64,000 nucleotides of DNA. It comes from Perna viridis. Its lineage: Eukaryota. The position numbers and the translations under genes are program-made. The notes beneath the pieces were generated by a model, which saw only the letters and a program-made list of their open reading frames with translations, ran no database searches and was not told where the DNA came from. Below, piece after piece: positions 27,086 through 41,300 of this stretch. The stretch spans positions 8,680,001-8,744,000 of the forward strand of contig CM074514.1 in the NCBI GenBank assembly GCA_037379345.1. The letters run 5' to 3'. Position 1 is the first letter of the stretch; every line of letters begins with the position of its first letter.

Positions 27086-28559
27086 ACACGGTTCAAAATG
27101 GCGGAGCTTTCAATCTTCATTTGTAACTCGAGTTGCTTTTTACTTTTGCTTTATCTTAAAAAATGCATTCGACAATTATCAATGTGCTGGTAAAGGCAAA
27201 CATTCAAGGCTAATTGTTAGTCGTCTGGACTACATGTGTATGTTAATTTTGAAGCGGCTTCAGACATTGTGTTGTACAGAAATCGTGTGAAAGTAAGCGA
27301 GGACCATGTAAAAATAAATGTCCAGTCCTTGCAAGTGACGGAAACAAATATTCATGCAGAAAGTAGGTTGAAAATTAATATTAATAAATTTATTCCCCTC
27401 CAAATTATATCAAATGGTCATACCCAAACTGTAACCCCAGATTGAGCGAATCAATAAAAAATGATAAACATTAACTTTCAAAAATTATTTTTTGTTGCAA
27501 AAGATCGGAACATGTTCAGAAAAGTTCAAAGAATTACACCCTTAGACAAAGAAATGGTTCAAGTACAAAGTATTATGAGCCCCTTGCCCTCAGTTCTAGA
27601 TACTGTTTTGTAAAGGAACCTAATATTTGAACTTGATAAATTAACATAACCCATTAAGGATGAATACAGTAGTCATTGCAAACAACAAAATACTAAAGAT
27701 AAGTGTTCCACCCTTGGTTTCTCTTCACACTTTCTCTTAAATTTTGTCCCAGTTGTCTGAAATTCCATTTAAAGTTTTTTGTTTTTTTTTTAATTTGTAC
27801 AACAATTCTTTCCCAAATTCCACATTATTCCTGACCAACCCAGGTGAAAAAACCACAATGAACAGACACACCAACATACAAATGTATTGAATCATCAAGA
27901 CTGAAAACAAGAAGTGAAAATCATTAGTAACAATTTGGTCTCCTGAAGAAATAAACAGAAAGACAACAAATTTAACCCCCAAAATCTAAAAAACTTTCAT
28001 GTGCCCTTTCCTGCACCACACTTCAATTTGATACGGAAATCCCGACTGGAAAATTGGTCATTTGCCAGATCCCTTTTCATTTTAATCCCAAAGCCCCGTT
28101 ACAAGGTATAACTTTGATCCCAGTGTCCAGAAAACCATAAACCATACTACCATTATTACACTCAACAGTACAATCATCACATCCAGTAGTACTCTCAATA
28201 CACTCAGTTCTCCCTTAACTTGCCACGCATTTATATTATCATACTCCTCACTTGTCTACCACCACATACTATAGAATTATCACGACACTTTGATAGTGGT
28301 ACAGTACAGAAAAGGTGTAGTAAAATCACCACATTGAGTAGTACTATCACATCACTCAGAAGCACAAACACTAAATTCAGTTTTACATCATTACACTTAG
28401 CAGATTCACCACCATCAATAGTACTATTACATCACTAATTGGTAAATTAAACTCAATAGTACCATCACTTAATCGTCCCAACAATACAAGTAGAATTAAC
28501 ATTGCTCCCAGTGGTACCATCATTACACTCAGTTGTCCGTTACAATTCACAACACTCAA

Positions 28560-29174
28560 TAGCACTTTCACCACACTAAGTAGAATCATCAGCAAGATAA
28601 GTAATACAATCACCACACTGCATAGTACAATGACCACACTCATTATTGCAATCACCACACTCATTATTGCAATCACCACACTCATTATTCACCACACTCA
28701 TTAGTACAATCACAACACTCATTATTGCAATCACCACACTCATAAGTACAATCACCACACTCATTATTGCAATCACCACACTCATTAGTACAATCACTAC
28801 ACTAATTATTGCAATCACCACACTCATTATTGCAATCACCACACTCATTAGTACAATCACCACACTCATTATTGCAATCACCACACTCATTAGTACAATC
28901 ACTACACTCATTATTGCAATCACCACACTCATTAGTACAATCACCACACTCATTACTGCAATCAACACACTGCGTAGTACAATCACCACACTCATTATTG
29001 CAATCACCACACTCATTATTGCAATCACACACTCATTATTGCAATCACCACACTGCGTAGTACAATCACCACACTTATTACTGCAATCACCACACTGCGT
29101 AGTACAATCACCACACTCATTAGTACAATCACCACACTGCGTAGTACAATCACCACACTCATTAGTACAATCAC
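28560..29174 (+). repeat. Minisatellite A, 21-bp unit AATCACCACACTCATTATTGC / ...TAGTAC
   Basis: Roughly 26 clear units, decaying leftward to about 28140. Confidence 0.95.
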
Positions 29175-30049
29175 CCGCCAGCTGGAGAGGGATTAATATA
29201 AGTTGTATAACTGGTTTCCCAATCCAGGATAAACAAATAAATTTAAACTAAGGTATTTATAAATTAATGATTATCATCTTTGTAATGTTTCTTTTGTTGA
29301 CTGGTATATTTTTATATATTATATATAGTTTTAAAAGGGTTTTATCCATGAACAATATTTATTCATTAAATGTAGAAATTTGCTATTATTAGTCAAATGT
29401 TAACTGTCCTATTTATTTTTAACTCAGATGTAACCTATGCCGTGAAAGGAGATCAACTGATTTTATATGATGACACTTCGGTGACATTTAAGAACCACGA
29501 TTTCTTACAGAAACGCTTTATTTCGGTAATTATAATTTTTGTCTCACATATAGTGTATTGTTAGTGGCTTCAGTTACTTAATTCATTGAAAAAGTTACAG
29601 TACAAATCCTTCTTGTTACTAACATGAACATAATTACCATATAAATATGAAATTATAGTATGGAAATGAATAGAACTAATTTAATTACCATTACTTTTTT
29701 GATAATTCTTCAACCTTACTTATGCAAAAACTAAACAATAAAACTATAATTTCATCCTTTCTCCATAGAATTTCTTTTTTGATGACGGAAAGCATATCTG
29801 TTTGATTTTTGGACTTTGATAATTATTTTTGTAAATTAACTAAGAATTCTAATTTCAATTTAATTTCCTATATTGTCAATTAATATGTACCTTTTCTTTT
29901 TTAGGTCAATGGATACATTTACCTTTATGAAAAAGAGACATAAATGAAAGTGCTGAAATTAAGTTATTACCCACACAAGAAAATTATAGTACTTTAGTGT
30001 TACATGTTAATGGAAAAATTGTAATATTTAAAACAACAACACTTTAAAT

Positions 30050-30165
30050 ATGAAAATGGGGGTCTGGTATGATTGTCAATGAGACAGTCATCCATAAATG
30101 TTGAAACGTCAAATACGAAGTAATTAAGCTTCTACAGGTCACCGTACGGCCTTCAACAATGGATA
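30050..30165 (-). repeat. Fragment of an abundant interspersed repeat (ggtatgattgtcaatgagaca...ggtcaccgtacggccttcaacaatg)
   Basis: Related copies at 37100-37240 (+) and 61830-62060. Confidence 0.6.
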
Positions 30166-32009
30166 ACTTCTAGTATCACTTTATGCTGGTCTACTAGTTT
30201 TGCCAGCCAGGCGGGCGTCATCAGGACAATTTTATACAAGAATATTTCCCCTGAAGTACTGAAACTGGCATCAGTTTGATGACATCACAATTAACAATTG
30301 TTATTGTTAACAACATGTATAGTTTGTTAAAGTCATTGGAACAATAAGTGAAATTATAAAGGTTATATGAAGGTAAGACAAACAATCACATAAGAGTAGG
30401 CTGTCAGTTTAAATATATTTAAACACATTTTTTATGTAGTTCTTGAGATTATGAAAGAAGCAATTTTGTCAATAAAAGCATAGTATTGTTTAGTTCATTC
30501 ATATAAATAATTGAGTATCATGTGATTCCTAATGGAACACCACTTCATTGAAAATCCATACCATCCCATCTGTCTTCTCTCTGTTAGATACAGCCTCCAG
30601 TTGCGTCAGGAAAATGGACGCTGTCTACGACCTTCATCTTAAACATAAACAACTATGTTTAACATTAGAAAGTTTGCTTAAATGTCCCACATTATTGGTT
30701 TATGTTTGGCATCTGGGAACAACTATGCATGCACTCTATCCATAATTGCTCTAAAAAAGTTGACCAAACATCTCTGGTTCATCAGTTGATAAAAGGAAAC
30801 ATTTTACAGTCATGATGACAGTTATACAACTTCTTATGCTGAATTTACAATCCATGATATGAAGGTCACTGAGAGTGGTATACAGTTTGTAGTGAACAGC
30901 TATAAAGATCAGGGTGACATTTTGTTGTTAAAACAGTTCACAATGTTAGACTCTGATAAATATGATTTTGCACTGTAGCGATATTTCGTGTATAAATGCG
31001 TTATTATCTTGATATATTTTATTGTTGAAATACTCCATGTTAATTTTATGAAGATTTGTCTTATTTAGTATTATTTTACATCCATTTTCACATGGATCAT
31101 ACAGGATTATCTTGTTTGCTAATTTGCTGTTAAAATCACTTTTATCTATTGTATATTTTACAGAAAGCAAGATATTTGTCAAGTATTTGGATTAACAAAA
31201 AGTGCTAATTCCTTTCTTTATTTGTAATTCTCAAATTGTCACTCATTGATGTCAGATTTTTGTGTCAAAGCCTGTTTGTGATAAAAAAAAACCCTTCAGG
31301 GCAGATTATTTGGACAAAATCTATATTGTTTAATTAATTATCAGTATTTTGTAATATTTTACATATTTTATAGGATTTTACATAATAGCTTAAAAACATA
31401 GGATTAATTTGTAACCGTGGTACTCTATATAGTTATGAAATATTGTTTAGTTTAGCAGTTTTTATCCTGAGAGTCTTGTGCGCATCAAATACTATGTAGT
31501 TTAAATATCTGCACCGTGGTGGTGCCCACACTGTGCATCACTTAAGATTATGACTTGTATGTTTTTCATCTCTATGTTTTGAATGTGACATTTAATATGT
31601 TGATTGAACTTGTACATAATAAATTTGTACATATCGTACTTGGACTTTATATATGGAATTTACCCAGCTCTACCGGTGTTTTAAAGTTGCTCTACCAATT
31701 TACTGGACTAAGTTAATAGTTAATTCCACAAGTATGACTCAGGGTGAGGATGCAATATGATGAACATTCCACACTGTACCGAGATGCTCCTTACCCTGGT
31801 CATATAAGTATAAGCTAATTACCTATTAGTTATCAATTGAGAAGCCATCATATCATTTACACTAATATATACAGGTTTATCTATAACATGCATAGACTTA
31901 ATTTTGAAAAATATAAACTTTTGTGTGTTTACTTTTGACACATTGAAGTAGGTGCCAAATAAACCAAAATAAAACTACAACAAAAATGACCCAATTGATG
32001 GTATTTTCG

Positions 32010-33190
32010 TCATGGTGATAGATGTAAGGTTATGTTGCTTGGTGCACATATCATGGTGATAAATATTTAGGTCCTGGTGATAAATATTTAGATCCTGATG
32101 AATACACATATAATGGTGATAGATGTTTAGATCATGGTGATAGATATTTAGATCATGGAGATAGATATTAAGGTCCTGGTGATAGATATTTAGATCATGG
32201 TGATAGATGTTTAGGTCATGGTGATAGATATTTAGGTCATGGTGATAGATATTTAGGTCATGGTGATAGATATTTAGGTCATGGTGATAGATATTTAGAT
32301 CATGGTGATAGATGTTTAGGTCATGGTGATAAATATTTAGGTCATGGTGATAGATGTTTAGATCATGGTGATAGATGTTTAGGTCATGGTGATAGATATT
32401 TAGGTCCTGGTGATAGATATTTAGGTCATGGTGATAGATGTTTAGGACATGGTGATAGATGATTAGATCATGATGATCGATATTTAGGTCATGGTGATAG
32501 ATATTTAGATCCTGGTGATAGATATTTAGGTCCTGGTGATAGATATTTAGATCATCGTGATAGATATTAAGGTCCTGGTGATAGATATTTAGGTCATGGT
32601 GATAGATATTTAGATCATGGTGATAGATATTAAGGTCATGGTGATAGATATTTAGATCATGGTGATAGATATTAAGGTCATGGTGATAGATATTTAGGTC
32701 ATGGTGATAGATATTTAGATCATGGTGATAGATATTAAGGTCATGTGATAGATATTTAGATCATGGTGATAGATATTAAGGCCATGGTGATAGGGTACAA
32801 AACTCAAGGTGATTGATATTTAGATAACAGTGATAGATAATTAGATCATGGTATTAGATATTTAGGTCCTGGTGATAGATATTTAGATCATGGTGATAGA
32901 TATTTAGATCATGGTGATAGATATTAAGGTCATGGTGATAGGGTACAAAACTCAAGGTGATTGATATTTAGATAACAGTGATAGATAATTAGATCATGGT
33001 GATAGATATTTAGGTCCTGGTGATAGATATTTAGATCATGGTGATAGATATTAAGGTCCTGGTGATAGGGTACAAAACTCAAGGTGATTGATATTTAGAT
33101 AACAGTGATAGATATTTAGGTCCTGGTGATAGATTCAGAGTTTATGGTGATATATGATTAGGTCATGGTGATGAATATACAACTCATGAT
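32010..33190 (+). repeat. Minisatellite B, 21-bp unit ATGGTGATAGATATTTAGGTC
   Basis: Roughly 55 units, with higher-order variant blocks in the right third. Confidence 0.95.
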
Positions 33191-35479
33191 GATATATATT
33201 CATTAAATTTCAACATTATATAGACGTGTATGTCAGATTCTTTCATAATATAACACAATCCATAGTGACAAGGATTGCATTAAGTTCAAAAATTGATATG
33301 GAGAAAATGTGCATTAAACACAATATATATGCATTTAATGCTTATAATTATAATACTTATTATGCATGCATGTGATCACTTTAACAGAGGCATCAGGGAG
33401 ATTTATCTTTGATATCAAGGAAATTTAAGAAAAACATATGTAATATACAAAGAAGATCTTTTTTCTATCAGGCATATTTGCAGAATTGGACCGTTTTTGG
33501 TCAAAAGTAAGAGTAAATTTCGGGGAGTCTCCCTGGTGATCAGGAGGTATCACATGTATGATCATGCAGGGGAGCAACACTAAAATAGATCATTGCTCTG
33601 CATATTAAGATATAGCGAAATCGTTCAAGGAGTTCAGCTGCTGACCATTAAATAATTGTTTTAATTCTACACAATAATTAGAAACAATATATGTTGGTTG
33701 GTTGATATGGTTTTACCCTATTGTGGCTCTAGTGTTACACAAAGGAAATAAAATTAAAGGTACAGATTGTACGAATAGCAACATCACTATTTGTAGAAAC
33801 TGTGTGTTCGAGGAACTGATACCATAATGAAAAGAGAGTTGATCAACATGAAATGGTGATGTATTGACGCTAGACCAATAAGGTCAACATCTTTACCTAG
33901 ACTCGACAAAATCAGCAAGGTGGCATCTCTGCACTCTGTACTAGAATGGTATCCCGTATTATATAGTCCGACCAACTCGGCATTCAAGATTGGTCTTTAT
34001 GATTAGACCAGTATCAAATAAAATAATTTTGATTACTAAAATCCTTAATCTTAATTCCTCAATCGCCCTCCTTGTTTTTGGACATTATTTTCTGTTTTTG
34101 TTTTTTATGTTTTGTAGTATGGGAAGGTTTTGAAAGGAATTTTAGGATTTAATATTACATGCCTGTTAACCAATAGGATCCTCTTAGTAAGGAAAAACCA
34201 TACAAAATAAAAATAATTAATGAACATCTTTAATAATTCACTTGAAATCCCTTATAATTTAGAATGCGCAAAATACAGAAAATGCCTCACTTGCGAACGC
34301 TTAAATATATACAAAAGGATGCTGTCATTTTGAAAACATGTTCATTAAATTTCAACATTATATTTAAACTTCTATGTCAGATTCTATCATAATAAAGCAA
34401 GGCCTCTCTACATTTCGTAAAAAAAATGACGAAATAATCATAAATAACAATGCTAGTCATTCAAATATGACCAATATCTAATAAAATCCTAAAATTATTG
34501 AAACTCTCTGTATATATCTTGTGAAGAATACCACCTAATTGAACCACATTAACTATTCATGTCAATAGATTAAAATTTATATTAAGCAAACCCTCGTCAA
34601 ATCATAATTCCACTTATTTTCTGTTATAAGCTTGCATGAAGCATTTCACAGCAACTTGCAGTTTGATTCATTGTTAAGTAGTCTAGATTCCAAGTGCCTG
34701 TATATTTCGATGGGACCAACTGAAAGTTTTTCCCGGAATGGTAGATGTTCTCAGTGTTCCTAAAAGACCCCTAGATAGTCCTATGTTGCTTCCATGTCTC
34801 TGCTATTGTTTCTTTGACATGACGCTTATTTCCATTCTTCTTGCTAACCTAGATATAAATCCTCCTTATTCATATTGCATGGAAACCAGTCACTCAGACA
34901 CTGTATCGCAAGCTTACGGAACAGCATTAATACTTTGTGCAGTCAGTTTGCGTTACAAATAGCGAACGAGAATGGAAATGTGGATTATGTCAAAGATATT
35001 TTGCATTACAAATACGCAAACTGGATAATACATCTTGATATATATCTTCAGAAAAGTTGTATCTTGAGAAAATTCCATCAGGCAAGTCATATTTGGCAAT
35101 ATGTATTCATGATCAGATTCAGAACATAATCATTAATAGGTGCTGTAAATAATCAGGTTGGATAAGCTTCTTGTGATGTTGTTGTAGTTCATCGTTTTTG
35201 CTTATTTAACTATGTCTCCCCAGAGACATAAAACCATGGTTTTATATGTTTCTGGTCTCCCAAACGAAGTTCAGAGACATATATTTTAGTATGTTTTTTT
35301 CTTTCCTTATAATATTGATATAAGCAAATGACGACACTTTTGAGATAACATTATTAGTTTAAGCAGAGACATATGTATATGTCTCTGGTTTATGGCTTAG
35401 CATATTTACAAAAAAAATCAGGTTAGTTAAAGATACTACCCCGATGCATTCACGTACGAAGATTGGCCATCATGTCGTA

Positions 35480-37240
35480 CATCCTATTGTGACTGTGCTG
35501 TATCTAAATTTTAAGAACTTATTGTCAATTATTGTATTAAAGGAAAAGAACACAACTGTGTAATCTACTTTTCGAGTGTAAAAAAATCACTTGTAGTTTG
35601 GGACAAATTACACCGCTTTCTATAAATCATTTGAAACTGTTGATAGCTATGACTTCTCTACTCTCTATACTACTTTCACATTACTTTATAACATAAAGCA
35701 GACATTTTCATATTTTATCGAATTGTGTTTCAAAAAAGCAGATTACAAATATACCTGCTATTATAGAGAAAGGTCTTTTTTCTCCAACGACAATGATAGA
35801 TATAAGAACTATACTTACTGGACCTGTGAGGATATGATTACTAGTAATTCTGTTAATTTCGTATGAATTCCTATGGGCATAAACTATGCTTATTTAATAG
35901 ACGATTTGTTCCTTTACCGTTATGAATCTAAGTTTATGGCCAAACTAGAAAATGATTCATCTAAATCGTATATGCTAGACAAATTAAACAATACCTACCA
36001 TTACCTTGACGATATCTTTTCATCAAATAACCCTGATTTTTATAAATACAACACCGAAATTTATCCAATGGAATTAACTTTGAATAAAACCAACACTGAC
36101 AGTCTCAATTGTTCATTTTTTGGATTTAGATGTTTCTATTATACAAGATAAAATAAGAACCAGATTTACGACAAGCGGGATGATTTCTCATTCATTTGGC
36201 TCCTTCTTACGGTGTATACACTTCTACATGTATAATGGTGCACTTCTATACTTATTCGGTGTATACATTTCTATACTTGTTCGGTATGCCTGTGTTTGCA
36301 GTGGTAGAATGCAATTTCTGTATCATCAAAAAATTATTTAGTCAAAGATTTCGTTACAATAAGTTGTTTAAAACGTTTACTAACTCCTGTCATAAATATA
36401 AAACTTTGGCATCTAAATATGGACGTATATGTCATAATCCTACTTTTTATGAATTTTATGGAAACGTTAATAAAGCTTGTAAATTTAAACTGGATCCACA
36501 TGGTCTTAAAAGTAATCTCAATAAACTCACCCGTAAAAGAGATCCTCATAACATTATTGTCAAAACTTTAAATATGGTTTTTATTGGTATGTATATTGAC
36601 TTTCTCATTAACAGCCTACAAATTGACTAAACATTACATTTTTTTATTTGCCTGTTTCCTGTCCACCGATTTTTTACATTAGCATTTGTACAACCCAATT
36701 TTTTCAGATTTACTTTGATGTTTCGCACTAAATCCAGTGGACTTCTTTTGATTGATGTCGAAATACAGGAAAACTTCTTATTAGTTGTTTTCGGGTTTTA
36801 AATTAGCAGACAGGAACTGCGAGTACTCTTTCGAGGTCTGTCATGTACTTCTTGTTGTACCGTGTTTATTGTTATTGTATTTGTTTTCTGTTGATCTCAA
36901 GAGTTAAACCCATTTCAACTGATTTTTATAGTTTGTCTTATTGTTGTGTTGTCACACCAGTGTCCCTGGTTAGGGGAGGGTTGAGCGGTCACTAAGGGGT
37001 TTGTGGTTGTTGTTGTTTATTTGTTTCTTGTTATTAGTTTTGCATTATTTCAATACATTAGGTCAATGGTTGTATTTCATGAATATTGATACATTTTGTA
37101 TTTTTGGGGCCTTTTACAGCTTCCTTTGTGGTATGTATCATGATCCATTGTTGAAAGCCAAAATGTGTGACCTGTAGAAGTTTTTTGTCTAATTTTGGTG
37201 GGTTGCTGTCTCATGGACAATCATACCAAATCACCTTCAT
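35480..37240 (+). mobile_element. Decayed Penelope-like retroelement (RT, thumb region, 3' UTR repeat)
   Basis: Frameshifted RT motifs DSYDFSTLYT, IPMGINYA..DLFLYRYE, YHYLDD, IYPMELTLNKT, DLDVSI, YDKRDDFSF, GVYISILVRYA. Confidence 0.85.
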
Positions 37241-38341
37241 ATAAATTGTGTAGTTGCTGTGATATTAAATTGTGTTAACCTTGAATGTGCTAATAGTCCA
37301 TCCACAACTTCTTAAAGCAAATGAAAATGGGAAGTATCATTTTACACAGGCATAGCTACCAAATAATTTGGACTAAAATCAGCTGCTGTCACAAAACAAC
37401 TTGCTCCATTCTCACAGAATGCATCGCTCACTGCACAACAATCACCACAGTCTGCATAATGATCTCCATAGTGAAAACTACAGTGTTAAAGTCATTTACA
37501 AGTGGATTTATTTCTTCTTTATAAGCAAAACAAAGGGTTAAGTCGGGAAGGTGTCTCAAGGGTATGAGGATCTTAAGTCTTTGTTTTGTATAGACCTTCA
37601 AATATAGATTGAAAATAACCAATAAAAAAGGCAGGGTCAAAGTTTATTTATACAAAATAATTTTATTCCTATCTAAAATTCTAAACTATGATTTTGATTC
37701 AACATTTGATTCAATATTTCCTATTTAATTGTATAGAAATATAACTTATACAGAGCAAATCTATATAACAAATACCCAAGAAATGAATGATTCATAATAA
37801 CACTCAGATGGTATATACCTTTAATAGATTAATACAATAAATCATGTTTTAACTATTAAAAAATAAAATAAAATAATAACTTCTACTGTCCTGTGCAAAA
37901 ATAAAACGTTACTTTCAAAATGTGAAAGGTTCCAATTGACAAGCTTTTTGTTTCCAAAATTAGAAATTTACTTGTTCCAAAAAGTTTTTAGATGGAACAT
38001 CAAGATAAAGTTTAACTAAGTTCATGAAAGCATCTAAAAGTTTGCTTCTCAGAGAAACGTTTAAAAAAATGAATAATTTAATTAAATCATTCAACTCTCT
38101 TACTTCAAAAAGCAAGCTTGCTTATCAATCAGATGGTTGAATAAAGTCCGACAAATCAAAGTTAACGCTGTCCATTTACAATAAGCTGATCAATAACAGC
38201 CCTTGAAAAGGGGCTTTCCCATACACATGCATATCAACCAACGCAAAATAGCCCCAGAAAAGGGGACTTTCCATCCCACCTAATGTGCATTCAAGCACTG
38301 TGCTTTTGATTAAACTAGCAAATCAATAATTTATCGATAAT

Positions 38342-41300
38342 TCATAAATAGTTTTTTACAAAATATATAGTGCAGACCTTTTCCCCTCTTGTTTTGTCCA
38401 TCACATACTCTCCTCTTTGACATAACTTTGGCAAGTTTGGAAAGAATGCCAAGGAATCTTCTTTAACGCTACCAGAGGTGACATGTCCAGATGAGCCAGT
38501 AAAAGATTTCCTTGTTATGTTGCATATCCTTTCCAATATAACTTTCAGAAAAGAGGGCACATGTCGCAGCCTACATAGCAAATCAAATAAAACAGGCATT
38601 TTCAATTGCAACTGTTTCATCAAATTTCCATTTTGGATGAATTTTGAGTCCCTTAAAACATCTTCCACCATGTTCAAATATTGCAATGGAAATGCTGCAC
38701 AAACTGGAGAATTACAGGCAATCATCCTGATTAAGTCCGCATATTCCTCAGGACATTCATGAGTACAGCCTATAAAAAACATGTCATAAATTTATTTTGA
38801 TAAATATCTTTATCAAGCTTTAGGACACAACCTAGAAAACCATACCCATAGCCAGAATTTTTCAAATGGGGTTTTAAACATGTCTAGGGGGGGTTATATT
38901 GTCTAATTCGGCTTTTGAACAGTTGGAGGAACATAACTGTGTCAAAGTATTTGAATGACCTGTTGATTAAACCTAGTTTTTGATTTGCCTTATCAACTTC
39001 CTTATCAATATCTTCTTGAAAATTTAACTTTTTGTCAATTATAATTCTTGGGTCTTTCTCTGTAATGACTTTTAGAATTGTAGAATTTCCCATTCTGTAC
39101 GAGTTTCTTCCCCTAGGTGCATGTGTCTACACTTGGATTGGTTAAACTTGACATAAAGGGTTGATTAAGTGGAATGCAATGTAATGTCTTTTTCCACAAC
39201 ATATTGGAATAAAGTTATTCTAAGTCTCATGTCAAATATCCTTTAATACCAAACCTGTTTTCTGTAAATAATCAAAGAAATCATTCAAGGCTGGGGCATG
39301 CTGTGATGCTAGTTTCTTCATCTGATGAAACTCCTCAGTTGTAAATTTTGCTTTCTGCTTGGAAAATCTGTAGACTATATCTCTTAAAGGCTTATGCCTT
39401 ATAAAAATTCTGTCTTGGTGCTTACTGAAAAATAAATAGATAATAATAGATGTAGAATAAGTGTATGTGACACAACTCACACAAAGCAGCAGCATTTAAA
39501 AATCTAGCAGCCTTTAAAGTAGCCCACCGACGCTGCTTGCCATCCTCCCATTGGCCCTAGGATAAAATAAAATACATATGATTCGAACAGATCCTAGCAT
39601 CACCATTGAAAGACCCCTCTGGACATTTAGAAAACAAGGTAAATCTGCGAGTTAATGCTCACTACTGATACCCCTGTTTATAAAATAAGTCTTTCATATC
39701 CAAAATATTCAGCAGAAACTAAGTCGTTAAAATACAGGCATGAGATTGCTATACACCATAGAAAATTATAGGATAAAGCAATATGCAAAATATCAGTTAT
39801 CGGCTGCAAGTGGTTGCTGAAAAAACTTTGACAGAAAGGTTTTTACAGGCGAACAGACATATGGACATATGGACAAACAATAATAAGGGTAAAACAGTAT
39901 ACCCAAACTTTTTCAATACAGGTGTCTTCATTTTAGAAGAAAGGAAAAGGCATTGATGAAAACGTAAAGATGTTCAATTGATTTAAGAAGATTGAAAGTG
40001 CATTCCCTGTCACAATTAAAAAAAAAATTGTCGTTTTTTTTTCAAGAAGTGCATTCATCCCAAAGAATATAAGCAAAAATGTTTTCTACTTACTTACTAA
40101 ACATTTGCTAAGTATTTCAATTTGTAACAATACAGTCAAACCTGTATATAAAGGTCACCCTTGGGCCGAAGAAAAACTGACCTTATAAGACAGGTGACCT
40201 TTGAATACAGGTTCAAAATACAAAGATATAGTTACAAAGGGAAAAATTTAAGTGACCTGATAAGACAGGTTTTCGCTGAAAAGAGGTGACCTTTAGAGCA
40301 GGTTTGACTGTACTTTATTTTCCTTTCAGTGGGTATTTTAAAAAGTAAGGCTTTGTGTACTGACAGCTAATGCACCTTTGATGTAAGAATGGTAATGGTA
40401 AGAATTATAAACCTTCCATGAAGCCTTTCTGCATTGTTTTCATCACTGATATTTTCATGACTTAAAAACTGTTTTTGAAATCCAAGGCTTGTTCCGTCCA
40501 TGACCAACATCTTAGGAGAAGTTCCACATGATGGATGGTTGCAAATGAAGTCGGCCTTGAAATCAATATCCAAAAGACCCATGTAGCTATACCAAGACTG
40601 CCGAAAGAAGTTATATGGAAACAACTTGCTAAACTCTTGATTTCCTCCATCCCTTTGGTGATTCTCCCAAACTTTATAAAATCTGAACATGGTACATCTG
40701 AAAAACAAATAAAATAAGTACTTAATATGCTAGCTCACAGGAATTTACAATTCGTTATCAATCGATGATTTGATATATACTAGTATGTGCCTCTACCTGG
40801 ATTATAGACATGTAATGTCTAATACTTTGATGTACTGAGGATTTGTCATGGTCATTCATTCAGCTGTTAGCTGCATTTTAAAACATCCTTATCTTTAACA
40901 ATGTTTAACAGAATGAATGGGATAGACTTAGATGGTGATTGTACTCAGACTATGTGCCTCTCTGGATGGAAATTGAGATAAATTGTTACTTTGCATTATT
41001 GACATTGATGAAGGCAATTAAAATAGATTTTTTGTTATACTATGATTAGGCTATATGGGTATTGCCTAAAATTCACCTGAACAAGTGTCCACTCTGAATG
41101 CATAAAAGGCCATTTCTGAAGCAACCTTTGGAGAAAACAGTTGATCAATTTAAATGAACCTATTTTAAAATTAAATTGACAATTTGAATAGGGTATTATC
41201 CCTTGTAAGAGGTGTAAGGTAACCTGACAGTTTATTGTAAATGCTGTAAAATATACAAAGAGTTTATCTAGTCCTTTAAATAAAATAATTACCCAGAAAG

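Noticed and set aside
28383-29251. Long ORFs (SVVIAIM, ITTLIIA and NNECGDC repeats)
   Set aside because: By-products of a 21-bp tandem repeat that is open in several frames on both strands
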